DNA of 57,312 bases from an uncultured Rhodopirellula sp. (GCA_964007735.1 CAXGAI010000030.1:1-57312), one strand, 5' to 3'. Positions 29,566 through 39,906 are shown, counted from the first letter of the stretch. Notes: a model not told the origin generated them from the letters alone. A program made the numbers and translations.

Positions 29566-31335
29566 ATGCCAACATTATTAATAGGACTAGAATTGTCCCC
29601 TGGACTTGAAGCGTGGTTTACCCCTCTGTGGCTTATAGGTATTGGATGCCTAGTCGGTGTTTTAGGGGCCAGTTTGATATGGACTACAAGTCGACTGCTA
29701 AGCAAGTTAGATAAAATCAACATGCTAATGGAAGATCCGAAAAAGGCCTTCATCCTGGCCGCGTTGGCAGGGTTGGTTTTGACGGCTGCTATCTTACCGT
29801 TTCGTTATACGTCGTACTCAATGCCTTCTAGCGGAGTTTCGGAAGACACAATCTTGTCTTTCCTGGCAAAAATGGGAGGACTTTATTGCATTTGTTGGTT
29901 CATCTCGTACAGCTTTATTATTTTCGCCTGGAAACGGACTGCCCGTGAACTACCACTTGTTCTCAAAGAGGGAATGCTGCTGCCGATTTTCTTTTTGGTA
30001 GCGATCATGAGTATCGTTGGATTGCTTGGCACCATTGTCGCACCCGACACATCAGGCATTGTTTCTTCAATCCTGAAATTACCTACATCAGGGGTAAAAC
30101 GATTTGACTTTCAAATTCCACCCGACACAGAGTTATTTGCGGGCAATGTCAAGATCCATGTTGGCGATGTAGGAGGAATGGAGATCGTTACTAACGGCGC
30201 AATTAATGCGTCGTTCACACCCTTCGCTGAACTTCCGGAAGGGTTTGAGCTAGACGACATCACAGAGGCGTCCATTTATCGCGTTAGTCCCTACGAGCCT
30301 GGAATCTTACAGACAATCCCCGTTCAAAAAGATCGCGAGATGACGGCCACGAGCCAAATCACAAAGGTCTATTTAAGAAATTTGGGGCCAGAGTCTACCA
30401 AGGCGGAATTGTTTGTCAGGTACGTCCCCCAGTATGCGCAGGTGGCAAGTATCCCGATTACAGCGCTAGGAATCATTTCTATTTTTGTAATTTATGTTGT
30501 TCAAAGAATGGCAGCGCCAAGGATGTTTGCTGTCGCCTTATCTACGTTCAAATCTGAAGTTGCCCAACCGTTGTTTATATTGATTCTTGCCGGTGGGGTC
30601 TTCGCATTAATTGCGTTCGTCTGGATTCCATACAACACGTTCGGTGAAGACATCAAAATGTTGAAGGATACAGGCCTCACGCTCATTCTTGTTTTGAGCA
30701 TCGTCTTGGCGTTATGGTCCGCCAGCACATCGGTTGCGGACGAAATTGAAGGTAGGACAGCATTGACGGTCCTATCGAAGCCATTGAATCGAAGATCCTT
30801 TGTTATAGGGAAATATGCCGGTATCGTTTGGACGCTCTTGTTGGTATATCTCGTCTTTAGTGTGGTTTTTATGGCGGCAGTCGCTTATAAGCCGATTTAT
30901 GATGCGAAAGAAGCTTCGTTGAGCACGCCTGAATGGCAGACATGCTACCTCGAAATGATTCGGCTCGCTCCTGGTCTGTTGCTGGCTTTTATGGAGGCTT
31001 TGGTTTTCACGGCATTGAGCGTCGCCATCTCTACAAGGCTGCCATTATTAGCCAACATGACGATTTGTCTCGTTATTTACGCATTAGGCCATCTAACGCC
31101 TCTGGTGGTGGAGAGTTCGGCAGAAGGTGCTGGTTTTGGGATTATCAGATTCTTTGCTCAGTTGGTTGCGACAATATTTCCAAATCTTGAATTATTCAAC
31201 ATCCAGGCGGCTATCAGCGCTGGCGTAGACGTCCCGTTTGCATATCTTGGCTGGGCTTTCAGCTACTGTGCTGTCTACAGCTTCATTGCTATGCTATTGG
31301 CTTTAATCATGTTTGAGGACCGCGACTTAGCCTAG
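29566..31335 (+). CDS. ABC-2 type transporter permease with N-terminal extension
   Basis: C-terminal ADEIEGRTALTVLSKPLNRRSFVIGKYAG and FEDRDLA, typical of ABC-2/NosY-like permeases. Extra N-terminal TM helices and a soluble domain. Confidence 0.82.
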   Translation: MPTLLIGLELSPGLEAWFTPLWLIGIGCLVGVLGASLIWTTSRLLSKLDKINMLMEDPKKAFILAALAGLVLTAAILPFRYTSYSMPSSGVSEDTILSFLAKMGGLYCICWFISYSFIIFAWKRTARELPLVLKEGMLLPIFFLVAIMSIVGLLGTIVAPDTSGIVSSILKLPTSGVKRFDFQIPPDTELFAGNVKIHVGDVGGMEIVTNGAINASFTPFAELPEGFELDDITEASIYRVSPYEPGILQTIPVQKDREMTATSQITKVYLRNLGPESTKAELFVRYVPQYAQVASIPITALGIISIFVIYVVQRMAAPRMFAVALSTFKSEVAQPLFILILAGGVFALIAFVWIPYNTFGEDIKMLKDTGLTLILVLSIVLALWSASTSVADEIEGRTALTVLSKPLNRRSFVIGKYAGIVWTLLLVYLVFSVVFMAAVAYKPIYDAKEASLSTPEWQTCYLEMIRLAPGLLLAFMEALVFTALSVAISTRLPLLANMTICLVIYALGHLTPLVVESSAEGAGFGIIRFFAQLVATIFPNLELFNIQAAISAGVDVPFAYLGWAFSYCAVYSFIAMLLALIMFEDRDLA

Positions 31336-31356
31336 TTCGTCGCGTTCTCTTTAATA

Positions 31357-32451
31357 TTAGAGTCCACGGACATTAGATCGATGGATTCCCAATTCCTTTA
31401 CCAAATCACGACTTTGCGAGAAATGTGGTCCTCCGGTAATAACAGGTTCATTTGTAGAACCCGCTTTGATCGTATTAACGATACGGGTTGCGATGGTTAA
31501 TACTTGCTCGCCGGTTTCACCGGAAACTATCGGGGATCGGTTTTCTGTAATAGCTTCATAGAAGTCATGTTGCTCCTCAGCAATGGCATTCGTCGGTTTT
31601 ACGGGTATTACGCTCTTGGCTAGTAGATCGACGAAAAACCGATCTGATACTTCTTGCTGCTCTTCCGCGGTTAAGGTGTTTGGTGCGACTTCGAGCGACT
31701 CCAACGCAACTCCGGGTGAAAGAGTAGTGATCGTATCTTGCTCGAGGAAATCAACAGCAACAAACCCGAACTGTCCCGTCACGGCCATTTTTCGTACTTG
31801 TTCGTAACTAACCCTAGAAGCTGTCAGGTTCGCGATCGCTCCGTTTTCAAAGGTTAGACGGGCATGTGCGACATCCTCATGCGGACCAATCACCGACGTA
31901 CCGATCGCCTGAAGAGATTGGAGAGGACTATCGACAAGGGCAAGCACAAGGTCAAGATCATGTATCATAAGATCCAGAGTCACCCCGACATCCATGGAAC
32001 GGAAGGTATAACCACTGGCTCTCGTGCATTCAATTAATTTCGGAGATTGTATTCGTTGCTCTGCGGCTCGGAACCGATGGTCGAATCGAACCACGTGGCC
32101 TACCTGAAGGGTTAGATCATTACCTTTTGCCAGGTTTACGAGGCTACGTGCTTCTTGCGGGGTGGCCGTGATTGGTTTTTCAACGAGGACGTGCTTACCG
32201 TTGTCCAGTAAGGTCGCACAAACCTTATGATGAAAAGCCGTCGGGGTGGCAACAACGGCGCAATCTACTGAAGAGACAACTTTGCTCACGTCGTCGTAGG
32301 TTGCGATACCAAGATGATTAGCCGCTTTATCACGATTTTGAGCAATTGGATCGACGATCGCTACCAGATCAAAACCAGGATGGTCATTAATAAGCCTAGC
32401 ATGTATGGTTCCAAGTTTTCCATAGCCGACAACGGCAACCTTTAACTTCAT
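31357..32451 (-). CDS. Gfo/Idh/MocA oxidoreductase (GnnA-like UDP-GlcNAc 3-dehydrogenase candidate)
   Basis: GYGKLG, HVLVEKP, QVGHVVRF, DLMIHDLD. Start overlaps the lpxA stop. Confidence 0.88.
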   Translation of the reverse strand: MKLKVAVVGYGKLGTIHARLINDHPGFDLVAIVDPIAQNRDKAANHLGIATYDDVSKVVSSVDCAVVATPTAFHHKVCATLLDNGKHVLVEKPITATPQEARSLVNLAKGNDLTLQVGHVVRFDHRFRAAEQRIQSPKLIECTRASGYTFRSMDVGVTLDLMIHDLDLVLALVDSPLQSLQAIGTSVIGPHEDVAHARLTFENGAIANLTASRVSYEQVRKMAVTGQFGFVAVDFLEQDTITTLSPGVALESLEVAPNTLTAEEQQEVSDRFFVDLLAKSVIPVKPTNAIAEEQHDFYEAITENRSPIVSGETGEQVLTIATRIVNTIKAGSTNEPVITGGPHFSQSRDLVKELGIHRSNVRGL

Positions 32452-33257
32452 TACGCAGCAATCCTTTTTTGACGGGCTCTTCCATTGCGTCCTTGTGTCT
32501 TCTTATCGAGAAAGTTGAGAATTTGATTTACACTTGGAATGAGTTCATTGCGTGCCAAAAGAGTATCCCGTACGATCTGATGTTCGACCTTTTGCCGGAA
32601 GATTAACTTATAGGCCTTGCGCAATGCGTCGATCTCGTCCTGATGAAATCCATTTCGCTTCAGGGCAACAATATTGATAGCTCGAGGCCTGGCTGGACTT
32701 CCCTCGGCAATTAAATACGGAGGAATGTCCTGTACGACACGGCTTAGTCCGCCTACGAACGCATAGCTACCGATGGTCGAGAAATGATGTACGGCAACGC
32801 TCCCTGAAAGATTAACAAAGTCCCCAACATGTACATGCCCTCCCAATAGGACGTTATTGGCCGTATGCACGTGGTCACCTACTTTACAATCGTGAGCAAT
32901 ATGAGAACACGCCATAAAATAACTACCATTTCCAATTGAGGTGACACCGTCTTCTTTTTCTGTTCCTCGATTAACGGTAACGCATTCCCGAAAGACGTTC
33001 GCGTCCCCGATACGCACTTCCGTCGGGCTGCCCTGATAGCTCACATCTTGTGGTTCTGCACCTATTACAACACCAGGAAAGCATCGATTGCCCTTACCCA
33101 TGGTGGTATGACCTGATATTGAAACGTTATTGTCTAGTATCGTCCCAGCGCCCAAACTCACATTCGGGCCAACCCTGCAAAAGGGCCCGATCATTACATC
33201 CGGCGCGATTTTGGCGTCGGAGTGAACTTCTGCCAAGTGGGAAATATTCGTAGTCAT
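32451..33257 (-). CDS. lpxA: Acyl-ACP--UDP-N-acetylglucosamine O-acyltransferase
   Basis: Hexapeptide repeats, PQDVSY, RECVTVNRGT, HIAHDC, QDIPPY. Confidence 0.95.
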   Translation of the reverse strand: MTTNISHLAEVHSDAKIAPDVMIGPFCRVGPNVSLGAGTILDNNVSISGHTTMGKGNRCFPGVVIGAEPQDVSYQGSPTEVRIGDANVFRECVTVNRGTEKEDGVTSIGNGSYFMACSHIAHDCKVGDHVHTANNVLLGGHVHVGDFVNLSGSVAVHHFSTIGSYAFVGGLSRVVQDIPPYLIAEGSPARPRAINIVALKRNGFHQDEIDALRKAYKLIFRQKVEHQIVRDTLLARNELIPSVNQILNFLDKKTQGRNGRARQKRIAA

Positions 33258-33302
33258 GTCGTTGTGTTCCGGAAATCCATTTCCAAAAAATCGAGTTGTT
33301 AG

Positions 33303-34202
33303 TCAGGCACAGCGTAACACGGCCTTTGAAAGGCCATGAGCCGAAAGAAGTTGTTTTAGGAGTTTTTCGTTTAGATGATGCCCCGCACGAAAAGCAGTAA
33401 TTTTCGCGATTAAATCTACACCTGCCAAAGCGAAGTCTCCGACCATATCTAGAACCTTATGACGAGCGCACTCGTTTGGAAATCGAAGTGTGGTCGAAAT
33501 CGGGCCGTTAGCATTAAAGACGATGAGATCCTCTGTGGTGACGCGTAGCCCCAGACCGTGAGACCGCATTTCATCCGCTTCATGTTGGAGTACGAAAGTT
33601 CGAGCAGAGGCAAGTTCCCTTTCAAAACTATTTGGGTTAACGACTAGCTCGTGGGTCTGCGGGCGAATAATGCAATCTTCACCGTAATCCAGATGGTACC
33701 GCAAGACTGTTCTCGGCTGCTCGTTCGCTGTGGCTAGGGGTTGAGCTAGTACCCAGGAGTCCTCTGTTCCCACTCTTACGGTGCGAGAAACGATGAGCCC
33801 CTTGCGAGCCGCGTCCTGCTCTATTGTGCCCGCCTCTTTCAAAGCCTTCACGAATTCCAAGCTAGACCCGTCACAACCGGGCATTTCCTGAGATGAACAG
33901 ATGATATTGCAATTGTCTATTTCAAGCCCAGCTAATGCCGCCATTACGTGTTCCACCATGTCAACGCCGGCATCCCCGAAAAAGAGGTTGGTACGGCGTG
34001 GGATATCAACACGATTAAATACATCAGCAGGAACTATTGCCTTTGTGTTCCCCCGAGCCAGATAAAAATTGATACCGGTATTGGGCCCGGAGGGTTCAAA
34101 TCGAATATCGACGTCTCGACCAGACCAATAACCGAAACCAGATACGCCAACCGCATGTGCGATGGTGTGTTGCCTGCGTATATCTTTGAGTGCTATCGAC
34201 AT
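33303..34202 (-). CDS. lpxC: UDP-3-O-acyl-N-acetylglucosamine deacetylase
   Basis: VEHVMAAL, DGSS, ARTF, RFPNECARHKVLDMVGD, AGH. Confidence 0.93.
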   Translation of the reverse strand: MSIALKDIRRQHTIAHAVGVSGFGYWSGRDVDIRFEPSGPNTGINFYLARGNTKAIVPADVFNRVDIPRRTNLFFGDAGVDMVEHVMAALAGLEIDNCNIICSSQEMPGCDGSSLEFVKALKEAGTIEQDAARKGLIVSRTVRVGTEDSWVLAQPLATANEQPRTVLRYHLDYGEDCIIRPQTHELVVNPNSFERELASARTFVLQHEADEMRSHGLGLRVTTEDLIVFNANGPISTTLRFPNECARHKVLDMVGDFALAGVDLIAKITAFRAGHHLNEKLLKQLLSAHGLSKAVLRCA

Positions 34203-34313
34203 GTCACATTAGATCGTACGTAAATTAAGCGGCATGTTGAATCTACTTTTGCTTGACGTTTAATCCGCGTCGAAGACATGATCATGCAGATTCAACCAGA
34301 CGGTGAGTTATGT

Positions 34314-34928
34314 TTATCGAGTGCCAGCTGCAGAAGGATTGGCACCAACATTAGCCGCGCTACCCCCATTTATCGACTTGATAATGTAGGAAGTAATATT
34401 GAGGCTTCGTTGGTAAACGATGTCTTTATTGACCCCCTTCAAAACAGATTCGCGACTAGCCGGATCGATAGGCTTACTATCGAAATTGAGCACTAAACTG
34501 ATCCCATTGCGTTCGCTAAAGGTCTTAATATGGCTGAGCACTTCGTTGTATGAATCGTAAAACACCTGAGCCTCTTTCATCAGGACGCTCTTGCGTTTTA
34601 TCTGCATTTGTACAGAGACATCAGATTGAATTTGGGCAATTTCCTGCTCTAACGATGAGTATGCCGCAGAACCCGCCTTGTACCCGCGTAACTCCTCAAC
34701 CTTTGTTTTAACTTCCTCACGCTTTTTATCGAGTGTGTCGTCGAAGGCGTCGATTTCGGTTTGGATCGATTCAAGATTTGCTTTGAATTTTTTGTTGTTT
34801 TCCATCACCACGGCGATATCGATGACAACTACACGGGTTCCAGCGGTGGTATTCTGACCTGTGACTGGATTGGCGAATATGCTCAGCATAATGGCAGCGA
34901 TCGCCGCCAATAGGAAATGGGTCTTCAC
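34314..34928 (-). CDS. skp: OmpH/Skp outer membrane protein chaperone
   Basis: Signal peptide, VVVIDI, long coiled coil, LNITSYII, upstream of lpxC. GTG start at 34928 with a GGAG RBS; the ORF extends to 34988. Confidence 0.85.
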   Translation of the reverse strand: MKTHFLLAAIAAIMLSIFANPVTGQNTTAGTRVVVIDIAVVMENNKKFKANLESIQTEIDAFDDTLDKKREEVKTKVEELRGYKAGSAAYSSLEQEIAQIQSDVSVQMQIKRKSVLMKEAQVFYDSYNEVLSHIKTFSERNGISLVLNFDSKPIDPASRESVLKGVNKDIVYQRSLNITSYIIKSINGGSAANVGANPSAAGTR

Positions 34929-35189
34929 GTTCAGCACTCCTTGCTGTTCTGAATGGTTGGTATCAAGAACCTGATGGCTTCCCTGCAATCAGGTAAATAA
35001 CTTGTTAATCGCCGACTAATCGAGTTTTCTAAAACCGAATTTCTACGAAATTAGAGAAATGATTAATTGCAAAACTAGTTTTTGCATCCGGTGGTTTACG
35101 AATGTTGAGGTATTTTGCAACTTATTCGCATCGGAGTCTAGACCAATTAGTTCGCTTTATCACGCCCGGGTTAACTCACAGGATTGATC

Positions 35190-37220
35190 CTAGCGTGGCT
35201 CTCCTAACGTCAATTGAAAAACGAGTTTTTTGCGAGCCCTAAGAATGGTGACTTTTATGTTATCGCCGGCCTTAAATTTGCGTAACGCACTATCGAAATC
35301 CTCGATGCCGCCGATCTTGTAATCATTTATTCCCACGATGATATCTTTTGGCTTAAGACCGGCATTATCAGCCGGCCCGTTGGTCGAAACGCCCGTTAAT
35401 GGTAGTCCTTCAACGCTATCCGCATAGTCGGGAATACTACCAAAATAGGGACGGACTCCACCTGTACTGGCCACATTACGCTTTTTCTCTGCCTTCTGGA
35501 AATTTGGCCGGTCCTCAGTCGTTTGCAATGCCTCGGTAATCATTGCTCCGAACCGCACTACTTTCGCCATTCCTTCGAAGTTCACGATTTCCGTATCATC
35601 ACTCGGGCGATGATAAAATTCATGGAGACCAGTGAAAAGGTGCAACACCGGTATGTCCTTGAGATAAAACGACTGGTGGTCACTAGGTCCCGTCCCTTCC
35701 GGCTGCCTGGTAATGTCAAATTGCGGGGCTTGATTTGCTTGGTTGATTAGGGCAGGCCAGACGTCCGACGTACCTGTACCCGTGATAATCAATTTGTTGT
35801 CCGTAAGTCGTCCGATCATATCGAGATTGATCATAGCGACGGTGTTTGAAAGGTTGAATAATGGGTTATTTACATAAAATGTGCTACCAATGAGCCCTCG
35901 TTCCTCAGCGGAAAATGCGATGAAAACGACGCGACGCCGATTTGTAGACTTGCCTGCAGCGACCAGCGAAGCAATTTCCATCATGCCCGTAGTTCCACTA
36001 CTATTATCATCCGCACCGTTATGAATATCCATTGTCCATGGCGCCAGAGAACCGCGTCCTCCATATCCGAGATGGTCGTAATGGGCGCCTACGACGACAG
36101 TCTCATCTTTAAGGGCTCCACGACCCTCTAAAACACCGATCACATTTTTTACATTTGCTTTTTCCTGAATTAGCGAGGCACTCCCTTTGATCCGATAGCC
36201 TGTAAGGTTCCCTACAAAAGGTTTCATTGTCTTATCGACCTGGCTTTCGATTTCCGCTAATGTTTTACCGAACGAGGCTTTCACAAGCGGGTCAATGACC
36301 GACCTTCTGGCAAAATAAACAGGCATGCTTTTGCGATTGCTAGGCGATCCAGCTTCATCGAATTCAAGAATAGCGTCGCCATCCCCATTTAACTCACTCA
36401 CGGTATCACTGATATTGTTCGCAGCCTGTCGCAAGGCCTGCTTATGTTTTGCCACTTGCTGAATGGTCGGTGTTTCCATTTCCTCAAAGGTAGTCGTGAG
36501 CGACTTGAGTTGCGCGGAATATTGGGAAAGGGCATGCTTTAGGCCAGATATATACCGCCCCGCTTCGCCGGCATCATTTACCATAATAACGGCAGCAGCC
36601 CCTTTCTGATATGCGTTGGAAATCTTGGCTTGAAATGTTGCATGCCGTGAGGCCTTTACCCCATCAAACACGCTGTCAGGGTTTGACTGCTGTGGCTCTT
36701 TACGAACGACCACTACAACCTTCCCTTTGACGTCTAAATCTGCGTATTCGTCGAAATTTAAATCCGGTGCCTCGATGCCGTACCCAACGTAAACAACATC
36801 CGCGTCAAAGGTTCCGCTAGCCCCGATGGCCAGGGGGTTAAATTCGAATCCCATGGTAAGTTCATAAACGTTTGGCGCATCAGTCGACGCGTTTGGCCCG
36901 ATGATCGTCAGGTAATTATCATCCACCTCACCGATCTTGACGTCGGTGGAGATCTGGAAAGGTTGGAAAGCGGTGCCATTATAACTATCAACCCGAAGCC
37001 CAATTGATTTAAAGTGTTCGGCAATATAATCAGCGGCTTTATTGATTCCTTCGGTCTCAACTCCCCTGCCCTCTAATTCGTCTGATGCCAGATAGCGTAC
37101 ATGCTCGGAAATGTTTTCGACTAACTTTCCTGACGGCCGGTCTGGCGTGTCAGCCGCGCGGGATTGCAGCGTCGCCGTTAATAAGAGAATCAACGAGAGA
37201 GTGTAGGTAGATTTGAACAT
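35190..37220 (-). CDS. M28 family aminopeptidase with PA and PDZ domains
   Basis: LASDELEGR, GAHYDH, GADDNSSG, AEERGLIGS, NLDMIG, SDH, YHRPSD, C-terminal PDZ (YFGSIPD). Confidence 0.92.
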   Translation of the reverse strand: MFKSTYTLSLILLLTATLQSRAADTPDRPSGKLVENISEHVRYLASDELEGRGVETEGINKAADYIAEHFKSIGLRVDSYNGTAFQPFQISTDVKIGEVDDNYLTIIGPNASTDAPNVYELTMGFEFNPLAIGASGTFDADVVYVGYGIEAPDLNFDEYADLDVKGKVVVVVRKEPQQSNPDSVFDGVKASRHATFQAKISNAYQKGAAAVIMVNDAGEAGRYISGLKHALSQYSAQLKSLTTTFEEMETPTIQQVAKHKQALRQAANNISDTVSELNGDGDAILEFDEAGSPSNRKSMPVYFARRSVIDPLVKASFGKTLAEIESQVDKTMKPFVGNLTGYRIKGSASLIQEKANVKNVIGVLEGRGALKDETVVVGAHYDHLGYGGRGSLAPWTMDIHNGADDNSSGTTGMMEIASLVAAGKSTNRRRVVFIAFSAEERGLIGSTFYVNNPLFNLSNTVAMINLDMIGRLTDNKLIITGTGTSDVWPALINQANQAPQFDITRQPEGTGPSDHQSFYLKDIPVLHLFTGLHEFYHRPSDDTEIVNFEGMAKVVRFGAMITEALQTTEDRPNFQKAEKKRNVASTGGVRPYFGSIPDYADSVEGLPLTGVSTNGPADNAGLKPKDIIVGINDYKIGGIEDFDSALRKFKAGDNIKVTILRARKKLVFQLTLGEPR

Positions 37221-37478
37221 CGACGTTTTCCTAAAAGAAGTCCACTGCGGGAATCGGCTATTGGCTGCTGTTCACCATTGATTCTTATTAGTTCACGACA
37301 AGCCGTCAACCGTTTCCTGCAAAACGACGACTTAACAGTATCCTATCAGGATAAAGAGGTTAAAAAGACATTTTTTTTACGGGAAAACCGAGTCTACTGA
37401 ATACAATGACCGTAATGTTTGAAGCAAACCTTCTCCTCCAATCTAACTCTACTTCAAATTCATCCCACTTCTTGCTTT

Positions 37479-39185
37479 ATGGCGTACTTATACGTTATTC
37501 AAGGTTCCGACCAAGGTGTCCGCAAGGACATCGCAGGTATCAATTTCAAAATTGGTCGAGATTCCGCTAATGATCTAAAGTTGCGGGATACAGAGGTGTC
37601 CAGATTTCACGCTGAGATCCGTGTAACTGAGGCTGGTCTGGAAATTCATGACAAACAGAGTTCAAATGGAACTTTCGTCAATGGCTCTCGTTGCGAAACG
37701 ATTATCCTGACTTCCGGCGACAGGATTCAATTAGGTAGCACCCATTTCATAGTGACTGACACTCAAGGCCGTAAGCGGGTCCATTCTGACGCAAGCGTAC
37801 TGCTTGATGGAAGTGCAAATAACGCATCTCGAATACTCACATCAGCACGTCCGCGAACATCCATTGAGGACACGGAGGCAGGGGGGAGTTATCTCTCAGA
37901 ATACGAACATGTAAAACGTCACCTACAGGTAATGTACGAAACGACTAAAGCCGTTAGTCAGACCATAGACATTGAACAATTGCTTGAAAAACTCTTGAAC
38001 TTAATCTTCGAGTGGGTCGAGGCAGATAGGGGCTGCATTATCCTGTTAGATCCAAATACGGGGGAAATGTTACCCAAAGTCAGCCGCTATCGTGAGGCCG
38101 CTCCCGATAGCGATGAGATCGTCATCAGTAAACGGATCTTGGAATATGTCGTTCAGCACAACGAAGGCGTTTTAACCACCGATGCAACGGATGATCATCG
38201 ATGGGAGGCGGCTGGCAGTATCCTCGGTAATCAAATCAAGGAGGCCATATGCGTACCTCTCAGTGGTCGTTATAGCGTCGTCGGTGTCATCTACATTGAC
38301 ACCTCCAGGTCTGATGATGCCCAGATAACGGGAGTCTATGATCAGCACTTCAGTGAAGAGCATCTAAAGCTTATGGTCGCCATTGCCCACCAGGCCGCCT
38401 TGGCGATTGAAGATACAATGTACTATTCGTCCCTGTTGCAGGCAGAACGCCTTGCCGCAATAGGACAAACGGTCACTGCGATTTCTCACCATATCAAGAA
38501 CATCCTCCAAGGTGTTAAAGGCGGGAGTTATCTGGTAGACGAAGGGCTAAAAAAGGGTGAAGTAGATACGCTTAAAAAGGGGTGGGAAATTGTACAACGT
38601 AACCAAAGAAAGATTTCCGATTTGGCGTGGGATATGTTGAGTTTCAGTAAAGAACGACGCCCGGAGGCCCTGGCTGCGAACCTAAATCACGTTGTTGAGG
38701 ATGTGTCTGACCTTCTGGAGTTTCGGGCTGGCAATGAAGGCACCGCTCTAGTCGTTGACGGTTTGACGGGCAACGCGGAATTCGTATTTGATGCGGACGC
38801 AATACATCGCGCCCTACTAAACATCACCGTAAACGCTTTGGATGCCGTAATGGATAATCCGAACGGAGAAGTGCGAATTGCCATCGAGCATGATGCTGGC
38901 CACGGCACGTTGCAAATTGAGGTGGCAGACAATGGACCTGGTATTCCGGAATCAGAACGTGAACGAATATTCCAACCATTTGTATCTGACAAGGGAAATC
39001 GGGGAACAGGACTTGGTTTGGCCGTAAGCCGAAAAATACTGAGGGAGCATGATGGTGATATTGTAATAGCTTCAAACACCAGTTCAGGTACGAAGTTTAA
39101 CTTGATGTGGCCTGCCGTATCCCCGGTTGAGCTAGCGGAGAAACTCAGAGAGAGCAGCGTCGTTGATCAAAACAAGCTGATTTAG
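37479..39185 (+). CDS. FHA-GAF-histidine kinase
   Basis: FHA (IGRD, SRFHA, SSNGTFVNG), GAF (AICVPL), SHHIKN H-box, NALDA, DNGPG, GTGLGL. The ORF extends to 37419. Confidence 0.92.
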   Translation: MAYLYVIQGSDQGVRKDIAGINFKIGRDSANDLKLRDTEVSRFHAEIRVTEAGLEIHDKQSSNGTFVNGSRCETIILTSGDRIQLGSTHFIVTDTQGRKRVHSDASVLLDGSANNASRILTSARPRTSIEDTEAGGSYLSEYEHVKRHLQVMYETTKAVSQTIDIEQLLEKLLNLIFEWVEADRGCIILLDPNTGEMLPKVSRYREAAPDSDEIVISKRILEYVVQHNEGVLTTDATDDHRWEAAGSILGNQIKEAICVPLSGRYSVVGVIYIDTSRSDDAQITGVYDQHFSEEHLKLMVAIAHQAALAIEDTMYYSSLLQAERLAAIGQTVTAISHHIKNILQGVKGGSYLVDEGLKKGEVDTLKKGWEIVQRNQRKISDLAWDMLSFSKERRPEALAANLNHVVEDVSDLLEFRAGNEGTALVVDGLTGNAEFVFDADAIHRALLNITVNALDAVMDNPNGEVRIAIEHDAGHGTLQIEVADNGPGIPESERERIFQPFVSDKGNRGTGLGLAVSRKILREHDGDIVIASNTSSGTKFNLMWPAVSPVELAEKLRESSVVDQNKLI

Positions 39186-39186
39186 G

Positions 39187-39906
39187 TTAGCCACCTACCG
39201 GACGAACAAATGGGTTTGTATCCTTCTCCTGCCCAATCGTGGTTATGTTTCCATGTCCGGTGAGTACAATTGTGTCGTTCGGTAGCGTATAGAGTTGCTT
39301 TTGGATGGATTGTTCTAACGCTTCAAAATCACCATCCGGAAAATCTGTTCGTCCTACACTACCCGCAAATAGGACATCCCCATTTACAACGACAGCTACT
39401 TCCGTTGCCTGGCAAATCCATACGACGTGTCCAATGCTATGACCTGGCGTCAGTCTGGTTTCCAAGGATATTCCTGCGTAAGAGACAATCTCTCCGTGTT
39501 TTACAGTTTTATCTGCGTTCGGACTCTTGATTTCGATCCCATAGCTAGCCGATAAATTTGCCTCCGCGTCCGTTAATTTATACGCCTCTAATTCTCCAAT
39601 AATTAACGGAGCGGCAGGAAACTGTCGCTTCATCTGCTCATTGCCGAAAATGTGATCAATGTGCCCATGAGTATTCAATATCGCTGCTACATCGTATCTA
39701 TGATCGAGAAGATATTCCGACATGCGTTGGTATTCAAAACTAGGATCTACAATTAAACAATCGTGCCTATCGGTGCGGCGTAAAATAAACGCGTTTTGGG
39801 AGAACATCTTGGAAACGATTGTCGTGATTTCCAGCTTTACACTATGATCTATCGGGATTTCTATTTGCATCAGGCGAGCGGTGTTAAAAGGGGTAGTTTG
39901 GGACAA
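39187..39906 (-). CDS. MBL-fold metallo-hydrolase (glyoxalase II / YcbL-like)
   Basis: THGHIDH, TPGHS, GDVLF, GRTD, GHG. True start may be downstream. Confidence 0.9.
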   Translation of the reverse strand: MSQTTPFNTARLMQIEIPIDHSVKLEITTIVSKMFSQNAFILRRTDRHDCLIVDPSFEYQRMSEYLLDHRYDVAAILNTHGHIDHIFGNEQMKRQFPAAPLIIGELEAYKLTDAEANLSASYGIEIKSPNADKTVKHGEIVSYAGISLETRLTPGHSIGHVVWICQATEVAVVVNGDVLFAGSVGRTDFPDGDFEALEQSIQKQLYTLPNDTIVLTGHGNITTIGQEKDTNPFVRPVGG

